A stretch of 64,000 nucleotides of DNA from a virus, in IMG/VR virus record IMGVR_UViG_3300005573_000052. One strand, written 5' to 3'. Positions within the stretch are counted from its first letter, which is position 1; each line of letters opens with the position of its first letter. Made by a program: the position numbers and the translations under genes. Of this stretch, positions 36,652-46,479 are shown piece by piece. A model generated the notes under the pieces. The model was not told where the DNA came from, did no database searches, and saw only the letters and a list, made by a program, of their open reading frames with translations.

Positions 36652-39243
36652 TTAACGCGTTTTGCGGGTGGACTTTTTGGCGGCTTCGGCGAGGTCGGCG
36701 ACCTTGGTGCCACCGATGGAGGCGACTTGAGCGAAGGCTTCCATGTATTTGTCCTTCAGGCTTTGACCGCGAGCGGCGTCGCCGAGGTCATTGACCACGG
36801 GAGCATCAGTCGGATTGGCTTGGGCAGAAGCGAGAGCCTGTTGAGCAGCAGCCTTGCAAGCTTTGTCATCAGCGTCATCATCCGGCTCCTTGTCGTTCTT
36901 CTTATCGCCGAGCTTTTCACCGCCCTTGTCGGGGAAAGCGGCCTTGGACCAGCCCTTATAGAGCTTCTTGGCGCGGGCAAGCCACTTGGCGAACGCGGCG
37001 TCATCGGCGCAGGCCTTGATCTCGTCAATCACTTCGGCGCGAGTCTCGTCGTCAAAGGCGAAATTCGCCTCGACCGTGGCCATGCGCTCGTTGAACTGGG
37101 CCTCGGCGGCAGCGGCCTGCTGCGCGGCGACAGCCTCGTCATGGGATTTCTTGAGAGCAGCAAACTGGCGCTGCATGTCTTCAAGGGCGGCTTGTGTGGT
37201 GGCCTGAGCGGCAACGGCGTCGGCGCGCTCCTTGGCGAACTTCTCGCTGGCCTTGGCGATTTCCTCGGTAAAGAGGGCTACGTTAGCCATGGCGGTAGGA
37301 AGCTCTTCCACGGTTTTGACAGACGCAATGGTCTGCTTGATGTCATCGAGATTCATGGTAGGTGATACGGTGGGGTTGGGAGTGGAAACTGATACACCTG
37401 CGGTGGCGGTGTTTGTGAGAGTCGGCATGAGAGCGCGCCCGGCGGCGGAGGCAAAAATGGCGGCGAGACGGGCGAAAACGTCATCCAGCGCGGCCTTGAT
37501 GGCATTGTCCGTGTAAGGCGCGTTGCGACCCTTGTCGTTCAGTGCGTTGTTGGCATCCTGCTTCAGCGCGGCCTCGGGGCGCACGGTCGGATATTGGTCG
37601 CCGATGCGAGGGTGAACGAGCTTGGTGTCGTCAGTTTGTGGCGGCATACCGGGCGTCATGGAGGTGATGGTGACATGCGGGGGCATGGCCAGCTCTTTTT
37701 CCAGTTGTAGCGTCGCGCCGTCGAAAATCTTGACATTGGTTAGCTTGGTGCCGTCCGACAGCGTAACATCCACGCCGTTGACCAGCGGCGCGCTTCCGTT
37801 GTTGGGCAATTGGATGTTGGCGAGGGCATTCTGCCACTCGGGGGTAAGCTTGAGGAAACAGGAGGAAGTCGTGGACATAGGAATGTCGGCTGTGGGGGTA
37901 TACACCTGCTCGGCAGAGGTTTGACGGAGAGGGATTTCCACCGGGTCGCCGGTATGGGGGCGGAACGAGAGGGAATTGAAGGTCATGGCGTGGCCCATAA
38001 ACCGCTTGTCGCCAACGTATTGCGCGGCGCGGCCCTTCTTGGTATAGCACAGGGTTAGGTGGGGTTGAAAATCGAGCCACGCATAGTCGTTATCCGTGGA
38101 GGTGCGAAGTAGGTGATGGAGGGTGTGGATGTCCTGTCCCTCGACCGTGACCTTGAGGACATCATAAGGGGCATCGTCGCGCTCGAAAGCGGAAACTTCG
38201 CCCATCGTGATGGTAGCCGGACCCATGTCAGCCAGTGCGGTTTGGATAGGCGCGGCATCGGCGGTTTTGATGCCGTATAGCACGGTGGCATGGCTTTCCG
38301 TCTCCCGCCCATATTTGCCCGCCCCCTCGCCCTCCCCATAATACAAATCGTCCTCCGGGATACTCGCCGCAAACTCCAGATAGCGCGCCGCGTCGGCGGA
38401 CGAGAGAGTGAACTGAGTGGAACTGCGACTATAAAGCCCGGCATCCAGCACGTCGGCCAACGGGTGGACGAAATTGGGGTTGGACAGCACTGGAGCAATG
38501 CCCTTGACGGCTGCGGCGGGCACCGCGACAATCCCGGCCCCGAGCGGCACAATCTCGCCCCTCAGCACCCGCGCGACACGCTCGCCAGTCGATGCAATCG
38601 CCCCCTTGCCGCCATTGCACCTGAGGGTCTTGTCCCACTTCTCCCAGTCGCCGGAATCGGGTGTGATGAGTTTGGTCGCCAGAGCTAAGTCCGACTTCCC
38701 CTTGGGCAGCACGACCACATCGTAGTCATCGAACCCGACCTCGAATGACAGGGACAGCCTGCCCTTGTCGCGCGAACCGGGCGCGGCGGACTGGATGATG
38801 AAATTGCACAGGTCCTTGTCGGCGACCTTCCAGATGGCCATGGCGATGGCGATGTTGCATGGCTTGTTGGCTTCCCTCGCCTCGTCCACGGTGAGTAAGC
38901 GGTCGGTACCGATTTCGGACAGCCCAGCCTTGACGATGTAGCCCACAATCACGCCACGGTTGTGTTCGATATCGACCAGTTGGCCCTCGAACTTGGGGTA
39001 GACTCGGAGAGTGTCTTCGAGACTGACTGCGTCATCATTGAGGTTACAGACTCCGCCTACTGCCAGATTGCCAACGACATACAAAATGGTCGGATGATCC
39101 TCCGGGTTGATAGAGGAGGGAAGCAGCCCCTTCAGTCGGTCAATCGACGCGCAAATCTCGTTTCGCTCTGCATCGGAGGGCGGGTGATAGTGGCCGACTG
39201 CCTCGAAGCGGGCCTTGTATTTGGGCGTGTAGAACTCGGGCAT
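36652..39243 (-). CDS. Prohead protease - 2H phosphoesterase (Acb1-like) - scaffold polyprotein
   Basis: N-terminal DIEHNRG / LSFEVGF protease-like motifs; HATV (H318) and HLTL (H395); C-terminal Ala-rich coiled coil; between portal and MCP. Confidence 0.75.
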   Translation of the reverse strand: MPEFYTPKYKARFEAVGHYHPPSDAERNEICASIDRLKGLLPSSINPEDHPTILYVVGNLAVGGVCNLNDDAVSLEDTLRVYPKFEGQLVDIEHNRGVIVGYIVKAGLSEIGTDRLLTVDEAREANKPCNIAIAMAIWKVADKDLCNFIIQSAAPGSRDKGRLSLSFEVGFDDYDVVVLPKGKSDLALATKLITPDSGDWEKWDKTLRCNGGKGAIASTGERVARVLRGEIVPLGAGIVAVPAAAVKGIAPVLSNPNFVHPLADVLDAGLYSRSSTQFTLSSADAARYLEFAASIPEDDLYYGEGEGAGKYGRETESHATVLYGIKTADAAPIQTALADMGPATITMGEVSAFERDDAPYDVLKVTVEGQDIHTLHHLLRTSTDNDYAWLDFQPHLTLCYTKKGRAAQYVGDKRFMGHAMTFNSLSFRPHTGDPVEIPLRQTSAEQVYTPTADIPMSTTSSCFLKLTPEWQNALANIQLPNNGSAPLVNGVDVTLSDGTKLTNVKIFDGATLQLEKELAMPPHVTITSMTPGMPPQTDDTKLVHPRIGDQYPTVRPEAALKQDANNALNDKGRNAPYTDNAIKAALDDVFARLAAIFASAAGRALMPTLTNTATAGVSVSTPNPTVSPTMNLDDIKQTIASVKTVEELPTAMANVALFTEEIAKASEKFAKERADAVAAQATTQAALEDMQRQFAALKKSHDEAVAAQQAAAAEAQFNERMATVEANFAFDDETRAEVIDEIKACADDAAFAKWLARAKKLYKGWSKAAFPDKGGEKLGDKKNDKEPDDDADDKACKAAAQQALASAQANPTDAPVVNDLGDAARGQSLKDKYMEAFAQVASIGGTKVADLAEAAKKSTRKTR
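37391..37398 (-). promoter_or_regulatory. Internal late promoter variant GGTGTATC before in-frame ATG 37356
   Basis: Motif 35 nt upstream of M630 (MNLDDIK, scaffold start). Confidence 0.5.
37899..37906 (-). promoter_or_regulatory. Internal late promoter GGTGTATA before in-frame ATG 37878
   Basis: Motif 21 nt upstream of M456, just after the 2H domain. Confidence 0.55.
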
Positions 39244-39276
39244 AGTGGGGAGGTTGACCGTTGAGGGTTAAGAGCC

Positions 39277-39284
39277 TATACACC
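39277..39284 (-). promoter_or_regulatory. Late promoter GGTGTATA
   Basis: Intergenic, upstream of the protease polyprotein. Confidence 0.75.
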
Positions 39285-39289
39285 CGGCC

Positions 39290-41410
39290 TCACTTGCCGT
39301 CAAAATCCACCTTGCTCCGCATCAGCACCGAAGCCGTCCACGAGTCAACGGGGTGCTCCGGGGTGTCAAAGGTCGCGCGAATCTCGGTAATCTCGGCCAA
39401 CACGTCCTTGGGCAGCTCCTTAGGAGTCTTGATGTAAGACCCCACGGCCTTCTTCCATTTGCCCGCGTCCGGCTCATTGAACACAATGGACTGGGCGATG
39501 GACGCCGCGACCTGCTGCTGTGCGTCGGTCAGCCCACCCTCCACCTTCCACTTCTTGACCAGCGCCTCCTCCACCCCGGCCTTCAGCGCGTTCATCTCGG
39601 CCAGAGCCTCAGCCACGCGAATCATGCCAAAGTGATACTTGCCGTCGCCGGGGCGCACGATGTCGGGCTCGGTGCCATCCCAATTGGCGGTGCGAACTTG
39701 TTTCTGCCCGATGGGCGTGGTGACCTTGCGCGGAGCCGGAGTGCCACCCGTGCCAGCGGGACGCCCCTTGCCCACGCTGCCCTTTCCACCCTCCTCATCC
39801 GCGCCGGTTTCGGGCGCAAGTGGAGTATACAACCCCTTGTCCCGCGCCTTCTTATACTCCTCCTGATTGACCAGCGACTCGTCCTTGGTGGGCAGCACAC
39901 CGGTCTCGATGGCAGTATTGACCTCGTCCGCCGTAAGCAAACCAAGCTGCCCCATCTGCACATACAGGCGGTTGAGCATGGCTTCGTCCTGAATCTGGAT
40001 GGGCTCAAATTCCACCGTGGGCTCGTCGCGGAAATTCATCTGCTGGCAGACCTTCTTGATCTCCGGGATGAGGAAATTTTCCAGAAAGGCGCGGCGACCC
40101 TCCTTGAGCGACTCGATGAAAATCTTGACCTTGATCGACGCGTTGGCAAACTTGGACTCCTCACCGAAGAACATGTATTGCAGCCCCTCCTTGATGTCCT
40201 TGTCCACGCGCTCATACTTGGCGGGGCCGAGTAGCTCCTTGAGGTCGGGGATGACCCATTCAGCTTTGGTGGTGTAGTCGGCCACGAGCACGCGCCCGAT
40301 GGTCTGGGACTGGAAGATGTTTTGCAAGGCCTGCAACTGCTTGGCCGAGGGAACCTGATTCCACTGGTCCGCCGCGCGCCCCGCCGTGACGAGGAGAACG
40401 ACCTGTTCCATCGTGCTGGCGAGGGTCATGTCGATGCGGCGAAGCTGGAGCTTGAACTCGATGTCGTTCATGACTGGGAAGGCCATGGGGATGGCGAGGG
40501 GCTCGTAGTCGGCCTTACGGTAGAACACGTAGTAAAGGCGTGTCTGGTCGAGCGGGACGTAGATGTAGCGCCACGCGCCGCCCTGCTGAATCTGCCGCTG
40601 GATGTCCTCGGGGAACGACTCGAAGACCTGCTTGTCCTCCTCGGTCTGCGGGTTTTTCAACCGCTGGATTTCGTAAGTGCTCAACATGCGGACGTAACCG
40701 TAGGCGTAACTCGCGCCGCGCTGGAGGTAGACCTGCATCGGATTGAGGATGATGTAGCGGATGGGCACCGTTTTGCTCTTGCGCGACGCAGCGGAGGTCT
40801 CATGGCGCATGTCGGACGAGTAGGCCGTCTTCAGCATGTTCATCCCGTCCTCGCTGATCTTACCGGAGAACTTGTAGATGAAGACGTTGCCGGAGCGGTA
40901 GTATTCGAGGAAGAACCGGGTCATGAACTGGTTGATCTCGATGGATTCCAACCACGTCTTGATGAAGGTACGAACCCGCTTGTTGGGCGTGTTGATGATG
41001 AGGTCGGAGATGGAGAAGTCTACGAGGAGGTTGAGCAGGTTGCGCAGGGGAGCGTAATTATACGAACATTGGTAGACGAGACTCACGGCTCCGGTGGCCC
41101 CGTAATAAGCCCCGTCGCCCGAGATATCGAAAGGCATGATGCCGGTGCGGATGTTCGGGTAGACATTTGGGTCAAGAACCGTGGGGGCTGCCCCGTCACG
41201 ATAACCTGTCGGATTGAACGGCCCGCCACCACACGCGGCCTTGGCGGAATAGTGAGGAGCCCCGTCAAACGCCGGTTCCATGTCAATATGCGCGGCTTGG
41301 GCGATTTGGGTGGTAGGCTGACCAGCGGTAGCGGGAGAGGAGGCCGTGACCACGATGGGCTTGCGGGGCGACTGCCAGTAGCTGGACGACTTGCGATAAG
41401 GACGGGGCAT
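39290..41410 (-). CDS. Portal protein
   Basis: 706 aa between TerL and protease; FLEYYRSGNVFIY and FKLQLRRID portal-like helices. Confidence 0.8.
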   Translation of the reverse strand: MPRPYRKSSSYWQSPRKPIVVTASSPATAGQPTTQIAQAAHIDMEPAFDGAPHYSAKAACGGGPFNPTGYRDGAAPTVLDPNVYPNIRTGIMPFDISGDGAYYGATGAVSLVYQCSYNYAPLRNLLNLLVDFSISDLIINTPNKRVRTFIKTWLESIEINQFMTRFFLEYYRSGNVFIYKFSGKISEDGMNMLKTAYSSDMRHETSAASRKSKTVPIRYIILNPMQVYLQRGASYAYGYVRMLSTYEIQRLKNPQTEEDKQVFESFPEDIQRQIQQGGAWRYIYVPLDQTRLYYVFYRKADYEPLAIPMAFPVMNDIEFKLQLRRIDMTLASTMEQVVLLVTAGRAADQWNQVPSAKQLQALQNIFQSQTIGRVLVADYTTKAEWVIPDLKELLGPAKYERVDKDIKEGLQYMFFGEESKFANASIKVKIFIESLKEGRRAFLENFLIPEIKKVCQQMNFRDEPTVEFEPIQIQDEAMLNRLYVQMGQLGLLTADEVNTAIETGVLPTKDESLVNQEEYKKARDKGLYTPLAPETGADEEGGKGSVGKGRPAGTGGTPAPRKVTTPIGQKQVRTANWDGTEPDIVRPGDGKYHFGMIRVAEALAEMNALKAGVEEALVKKWKVEGGLTDAQQQVAASIAQSIVFNEPDAGKWKKAVGSYIKTPKELPKDVLAEITEIRATFDTPEHPVDSWTASVLMRSKVDFDGK

Positions 41411-41454
41411 GGGAGTTGGATGAAAGTGACTTTGGTTCTGACTTTATGCGGGGA

Positions 41455-41462
41455 GATACACC
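41455..41462 (-). promoter_or_regulatory. Late promoter variant GGTGTATC
   Basis: Upstream of the portal ATG. Confidence 0.65.
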
Positions 41463-41479
41463 GTGGGAAGGAGGGCTTA

Positions 41480-42229
41480 TTAGATTTGGTAGTCGCTAAT
41501 CCACAAATCGTCGCCCTTTAATTGGTTGTGTTTCTGCCACATCGGAAAGAGATTACTCCAATGAAAGCATTGTTTTTGCTGTTCTGGATCGGTCAAATCA
41601 AAGTAAGTGCAGGGAAAGTAGTGATCTATGTTCCACTTGTCGGGTCCAAACCCGTAGTTGTCCCACGTCATCCCGTTTTCAAAATTTTTTTCTAGCCACT
41701 GTTTGAAAAAATCAACGGTGCAGCCTAACAAATCCAACGTCGAAGCACTTTTCTTTTTGCGTCTCAACGCGCAGGAAAGCCTTCCTCGAAGCCTATTAGT
41801 AATTTTATACTGAATGTCGGTTTTTTCTCGTTCTTTTCTTCTCTTGCGATTGTTGGCATTAATTTCTTTTCTTCGACTCTTTTGGTATGCAGCCAATTTT
41901 TCTTTGTGGCGAAAATCGTAACTAGTCTTATTTTCTTTCACAAAGGCCCTCGCTTCTTCTCTTGTTCGGTTTTCCTTTCTAGCTTTTCGTTTCAATTCAG
42001 AAGAGTGCCCCTTGTAATATAACTGGGTGGCTGCGTAATACTCTCTGTTTTCTTCTCGCCATTTATAGACATTAGCCTTGACTCGTTCCCAATTCTTTTT
42101 CCTGTATTCCTTATTTTTGACCCGACTACACGCCCGACAAATAAACTTATAACCACTCTTGGTATACTTATCTTTGACAAAGTCTACCAATGGCTTCTCT
42201 GTCTTGCAGCAATAACACGTCTGATTCAT
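41480..42229 (-). CDS. HNH-type homing endonuclease with N-terminal CxxC..CxxC
   Basis: WNIDHYFPC...HWSNLFPMWQKHNQLKG; AT-rich; ATGA overlap with TerL. Confidence 0.75.
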   Translation of the reverse strand: MNQTCYCCKTEKPLVDFVKDKYTKSGYKFICRACSRVKNKEYRKKNWERVKANVYKWREENREYYAATQLYYKGHSSELKRKARKENRTREEARAFVKENKTSYDFRHKEKLAAYQKSRRKEINANNRKRRKEREKTDIQYKITNRLRGRLSCALRRKKKSASTLDLLGCTVDFFKQWLEKNFENGMTWDNYGFGPDKWNIDHYFPCTYFDLTDPEQQKQCFHWSNLFPMWQKHNQLKGDDLWISDYQI

Positions 42230-45200
42230 CGTAGAGCAAGCATCACAGGTATAAATTCGTCAACCTCGGGAGAAGGTAACTCTTGGGAAGCCAAATAAAT
42301 TTTTAGAGCCCAATTTGCAAGCCAGAGAGCACTGTAACTATCGCGCCGATTACGCTGGACATTCTTCCGGTTCTTGGTCATGTGGCTGGGCAGGTCGAAA
42401 CTGATATGGCCCAGTGCCGTGCTGCTCACTTCAATCAGCGCACACTCTTTCTTGGTCTGTTCCATGAGCACGTCCTGATGGTTGACGAACTCATAGGCAT
42501 TTCCCATCCCCTCCACGTCCTCGTCGTGAAAGGCGGGGTGGGTTTGATGAATCGACCCAATATCATAGCCCGCCAACTCGGCAGTCTTACCCACAGAGGC
42601 CGCGTGAGAAGCGAAGATAATGGCCCGTTCATTAAGACAGGCACGAAGATAATCGTTGCCCGCCTTGATGATGGATGTGCTAAAATACTGCTTCTGCACG
42701 ATGCGCTTGACACTGCTGTCTCGGTTGTAGGACTTGGCGACCTGACCGACAATGGTCTCAAAGTCGGCCCCGGCGAAATCTGCATCAATGGCGTTCAATT
42801 CCAACTTGGCCTGCTTGAACACCTCCGACTCATTGCATGCACTGATGAAGTCGCCTTGGTCACCGTGGGACGTATCGCAAATGAGATAGACGATGTTGAA
42901 ATGGGTCAGGATGAACATCAGATAGGCCATGTGGTGCTTCAAACCCACTCCGGCGCAGGCGTATTGGTGGACGACCATGCCTACCTTGCGCCCGTCTCTC
43001 GCGCGCGCCACCACCTTCATCACACACATGGCGAAATGGTCGCCCGCTGGATCGGAACTCATTGACGGGTCAATGGCGAGGATGTACTCTGCGCCCTTTT
43101 CGCCCGTCACCTCGATGCAAGGTAATTGCCCCGGAGCCACACTGCACTCGTGAATTTCCTTGGCACTGAAGAAGCCACCAGATTCGTCAATGAACTGTGC
43201 CTCATATTCGCGTTTGATGACAGATTCTGGGATACGCTTTTCGCGGATTTCTTGCAGAATACCCGCGTCCATCAGGTCGGGATTGCCAACTTTGTAGGAT
43301 AATTGGTGGACAAGGTACGTTGCTGCGCCAGCGTCTGTTTCCTCTGCCTTGGCTGCCCCTTCGATGTCACTCTTCTCGATGATAGCTCGATACTGTTTAT
43401 ACATCGAGTACAGCTCTTCCCACTTGTAGGATGCCGAAGACAGCACAATCATCTTGGAATCGGCCTTGAATACGGTCTTGTCCTTTTCCTGCATCTTGCC
43501 CGCCTCGATAAGCCGTGCCTCGCGACGACGCAAGAGCTGCTTTTTGGTCGGGTCTGCGCCGCCCGCGAGGAAGGGCTTGAGCACCATGTTGATGGTGTGG
43601 TGGGAGATAAGGAGACCTTCGTCAATGCCGAGCAGGTTGCACCGGAAGCCGCGTAAGTTATCAGGGTCGCCCAAGGGGACGGCGGTGATAGACGAGCCAT
43701 TCTTGAACACGATTTTGATGAGGTCCTGTCGCTTGATCATGTCGCGCTCAAAGGTCTGGCGGAGCAGGGCACCTTTGGTCTTGGGATTGGCCCATTCGTC
43801 AATGCGCTCCACAATCTGGCGACTGGAACGGAAAGTTGCGGCGCAGATTAGGATGTGGTGGCCCGGATTGAGGAGGCAGTAAAGGTAGCAAAAGTGGGAA
43901 AAAACTGTGGAGTTGTGATTGACGAATCCTCCGCTCCAATAACACTCCTCCTTATCGACCTGAATATCAATCGTTTCCGTCTCGGTCGGGGAGATAACAC
44001 GGATTGAGTCGAAATAGCACTGAGAGTCAAGAATCGCTCGAATCTTAGCCTTGTCTGTCTCGTCAACGAAGGGGCAATCCAAAAATTCGGCCAAACGGGC
44101 AGTGGAAATCCAATCCAAAATTCGTAGGTCGTAAGCGCGCCTGAAGGCTTGTCCATACTTGGCCCGAAAATACGGACCGACCCTTAGCATGTTGTGCTTG
44201 TAGGCTGAATTGGTCGGCTTGGACAGATAAAGGTCGAGCTTGGCCTGCTTGCGTTTAATCCCAAACCCAATCTCTCGGCTGAAGATTTCAAGACTTCGGC
44301 GGTCAAATATATCAATGGCCCACGCGTTGTGGGTTTGATAGTCTTTGCCGTTGGAGAAGCGATGGGTCCCAGCTACATGTTTTTGGGTGACCGAGGCGAG
44401 AATCCCGTAGTTGAGAAGGATGGAATGGACCTTGTCAATGATATCGCGAGACGAGCTACCCAGCTCGATTTCACACCGATTGGTCTTGGGATTGAGAGTG
44501 CAACTCCCATCCGTATCAAAAAGGCCGCGCAAAAAGGCGGACACCTTTGGTTTGCTAACCGATAGGATTTTTGCTGGAACCGTCTTTTGATAGGCTAACT
44601 CACTGTCGAAGCCCATGTAACGAAGGAAGGCCTTAAAGCGGACGCTGCAAAACATGTAATCCTTGGCCGCGCTGTCTTTGACTTTGACTGAGACCTTGGT
44701 GTTCGGCAGGTGGTCTCGAATCATGGTATAGACAGAATCAACCACCTCTTGGTCCATTGAGCTTACCCCGACAGTTCCTCCCTGTTGGCGCATCGTTCCG
44801 TCCCCAAGGATGACTCCCATTACGTAATAGAGGTTCAGGTCCTCATCCAGAACCATAGGGTGAGAGGGATGCCCGGGTTTGGTTCCTCGGTCCGGCTGGA
44901 AATAGTTGGCGATAGGGGTCTCATTTCCCCAATGGTCCATACCGCGACGGATTGGGATGATTTCATTGCCCTTCAAGGTCTCAATGTTTTGCCACGTAAA
45001 CTCCAAGGATGACGAGTCAAATACCCAAACCTTATGTCCGACCTTTCCGGTGCAGATATACCCACGGTTTGTCGTGACAGTGAATCCCGGTTCCTTGGGG
45101 TTCTCGACCTTAGCTAGCACCGTCTGGGGAGACCGGTTAGCCCAAATACGTTCGCCAACCTTGACTTGGTGGATTTCCTTAAATCCCTCGTCGGTAAGCA

Positions 45201-45474
45201 CTAAGGAGTTCCGGTCGATGCATTTACCAAAGCTACGTCCTGCGACCGTGAGGGAAAAGTTCTTCTGCATCCACCCCTTGACCACGATGCGCTGATAGGG
45301 CTCCAACAGCTTGCCGGTGAGCAGCCAGACCAGCACGCCAAGGTTGTGCATGAGGAACTTGCCCAAGGTGCGGCGCGCCACGTCCTCGGACAGTTCACCC
45401 TCCAGCTTGAGGAACTCGGCGTTCCAGTCGGTCTGGTCAGCCGTGGTCTTGGTCTTGTCTCCGGCAATCCACAT
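42226..45474 (-). CDS. terL: Terminase large subunit with intein
   Basis: GRSFGK|S Walker A, LRGFRCNLLGIDE Walker B, EYEAQF, ILAIDP RNase H nuclease, RRDSYSAL. Confidence 0.9.
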   Translation of the reverse strand: MWIAGDKTKTTADQTDWNAEFLKLEGELSEDVARRTLGKFLMHNLGVLVWLLTGKLLEPYQRIVVKGWMQKNFSLTVAGRSFGKCIDRNSLVLTDEGFKEIHQVKVGERIWANRSPQTVLAKVENPKEPGFTVTTNRGYICTGKVGHKVWVFDSSSLEFTWQNIETLKGNEIIPIRRGMDHWGNETPIANYFQPDRGTKPGHPSHPMVLDEDLNLYYVMGVILGDGTMRQQGGTVGVSSMDQEVVDSVYTMIRDHLPNTKVSVKVKDSAAKDYMFCSVRFKAFLRYMGFDSELAYQKTVPAKILSVSKPKVSAFLRGLFDTDGSCTLNPKTNRCEIELGSSSRDIIDKVHSILLNYGILASVTQKHVAGTHRFSNGKDYQTHNAWAIDIFDRRSLEIFSREIGFGIKRKQAKLDLYLSKPTNSAYKHNMLRVGPYFRAKYGQAFRRAYDLRILDWISTARLAEFLDCPFVDETDKAKIRAILDSQCYFDSIRVISPTETETIDIQVDKEECYWSGGFVNHNSTVFSHFCYLYCLLNPGHHILICAATFRSSRQIVERIDEWANPKTKGALLRQTFERDMIKRQDLIKIVFKNGSSITAVPLGDPDNLRGFRCNLLGIDEGLLISHHTINMVLKPFLAGGADPTKKQLLRRREARLIEAGKMQEKDKTVFKADSKMIVLSSASYKWEELYSMYKQYRAIIEKSDIEGAAKAEETDAGAATYLVHQLSYKVGNPDLMDAGILQEIREKRIPESVIKREYEAQFIDESGGFFSAKEIHECSVAPGQLPCIEVTGEKGAEYILAIDPSMSSDPAGDHFAMCVMKVVARARDGRKVGMVVHQYACAGVGLKHHMAYLMFILTHFNIVYLICDTSHGDQGDFISACNESEVFKQAKLELNAIDADFAGADFETIVGQVAKSYNRDSSVKRIVQKQYFSTSIIKAGNDYLRACLNERAIIFASHAASVGKTAELAGYDIGSIHQTHPAFHDEDVEGMGNAYEFVNHQDVLMEQTKKECALIEVSSTALGHISFDLPSHMTKNRKNVQRNRRDSYSALWLANWALKIYLASQELPSPEVDEFIPVMLALR
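43912..45222 (-). mobile_element. Intein (437 aa) with LAGLIDADG homing endonuclease
   Basis: N-terminal CIDRNSLVLT, C-terminal GFVNHN followed by Ser; MGVILGDG and LRGLFDTDG motifs. Confidence 0.92.
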
Positions 45475-46478
45475 CAGAGAAGGCCCCGCTCGTGGAGGTG
45501 TTGGAGGTCTACGCGGCGAACCTGTTCGCCCATCTGAAACAGGCGGACGACAGTCTGGGCCATCTCGATTCGGCCATTCAGAAACAGGACTTGGAAATGG
45601 AGAGGGTGACGGGTGAGCAGCTCGCGCAGGTTGTGGAAGACATAGGCGGGGCTGGCTTTGACCCATTGGGTCTGGGGCAGTTGGTCAAACCGTTGGGCAT
45701 CAATGATGTCGGCTTCAACTACCATGATGACATAGAGGTTCTGTTCCCGGGCGCGGGCCAGTTCGCGGTCGAACCGGTCAAACGCGCAATCCTCGGTCCG
45801 CCCGGTGCCCTTGCGTCCACCCTTGCGCTCCACCTTGCGTCCGCTGAGGGTGCCACAGAAATCGCCAAGGCTCTTGCGCTCGATGCGGATACCCAAATCG
45901 TGTGGCGCGGCCAGTGCGTAATCGCCCACTTTCAGGGTCTCGTTGCGGGTCGGGATGGACAGATGAAGGGGGGCCTGTTCACGGGTGTCGCTGATGACCA
46001 CCGCGTCTTTGGTTAGGGCCGGATGAAACACGGGCAGTTCGTCGTAATAGCGCGGCGCGAATCCAAGAGCCTCGGTAATACCGTAATACCCACCCTCGCT
46101 GACTCCAACGGTATCGTAGTAAGGCATGGACGGACAGGTTAACGTCCGTAACTCCACTTGCGACGGCGCATAAACCAACCCCTTGCTCTCCTTGCGCTTC
46201 ATCAACCACTCCTTGGCCCAAGCCAGCCCTTCGGCGCGGTGTTTGGTCAGCCATTCCCTCAGGGTCTCCTTGGACACGAAGTCCTGAGAAAAATACTGAT
46301 CTACGTCGGTGAATGGAATCAGTTCGCCGTTGACCCGGTCCTTGCGCGGGTGATAGGTATGGAAAAACTTGGCTCGGGCGACCCGAAACCGCTTCAGGTG
46401 GGCGTAGAGCGACGCCAAATCGGGGTGGACGGTCTGGTCGAAGGGGCAGGTATAGGGGAAGGTGAGGGCGGAGGCCAT
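45474..46478 (-). CDS. ERCC4/XPF-domain nuclease with N-terminal zinc-finger-like segment
   Basis: ISDTREQ, GDYAL, IERKSLGDFCGT, IMVVE; TGATG overlap with TerL. Confidence 0.82.
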   Translation of the reverse strand: MASALTFPYTCPFDQTVHPDLASLYAHLKRFRVARAKFFHTYHPRKDRVNGELIPFTDVDQYFSQDFVSKETLREWLTKHRAEGLAWAKEWLMKRKESKGLVYAPSQVELRTLTCPSMPYYDTVGVSEGGYYGITEALGFAPRYYDELPVFHPALTKDAVVISDTREQAPLHLSIPTRNETLKVGDYALAAPHDLGIRIERKSLGDFCGTLSGRKVERKGGRKGTGRTEDCAFDRFDRELARAREQNLYVIMVVEADIIDAQRFDQLPQTQWVKASPAYVFHNLRELLTRHPLHFQVLFLNGRIEMAQTVVRLFQMGEQVRRVDLQHLHERGLL

Positions 46479-46479
46479 G

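Noticed and set aside
41931-41940. 10-nt match (TTTTCTTTCA) to the predicted TnpB guide inside the HNH gene
   Set aside because: Too short, in AT-rich sequence, and not preceded by TTGAT; expected by chance
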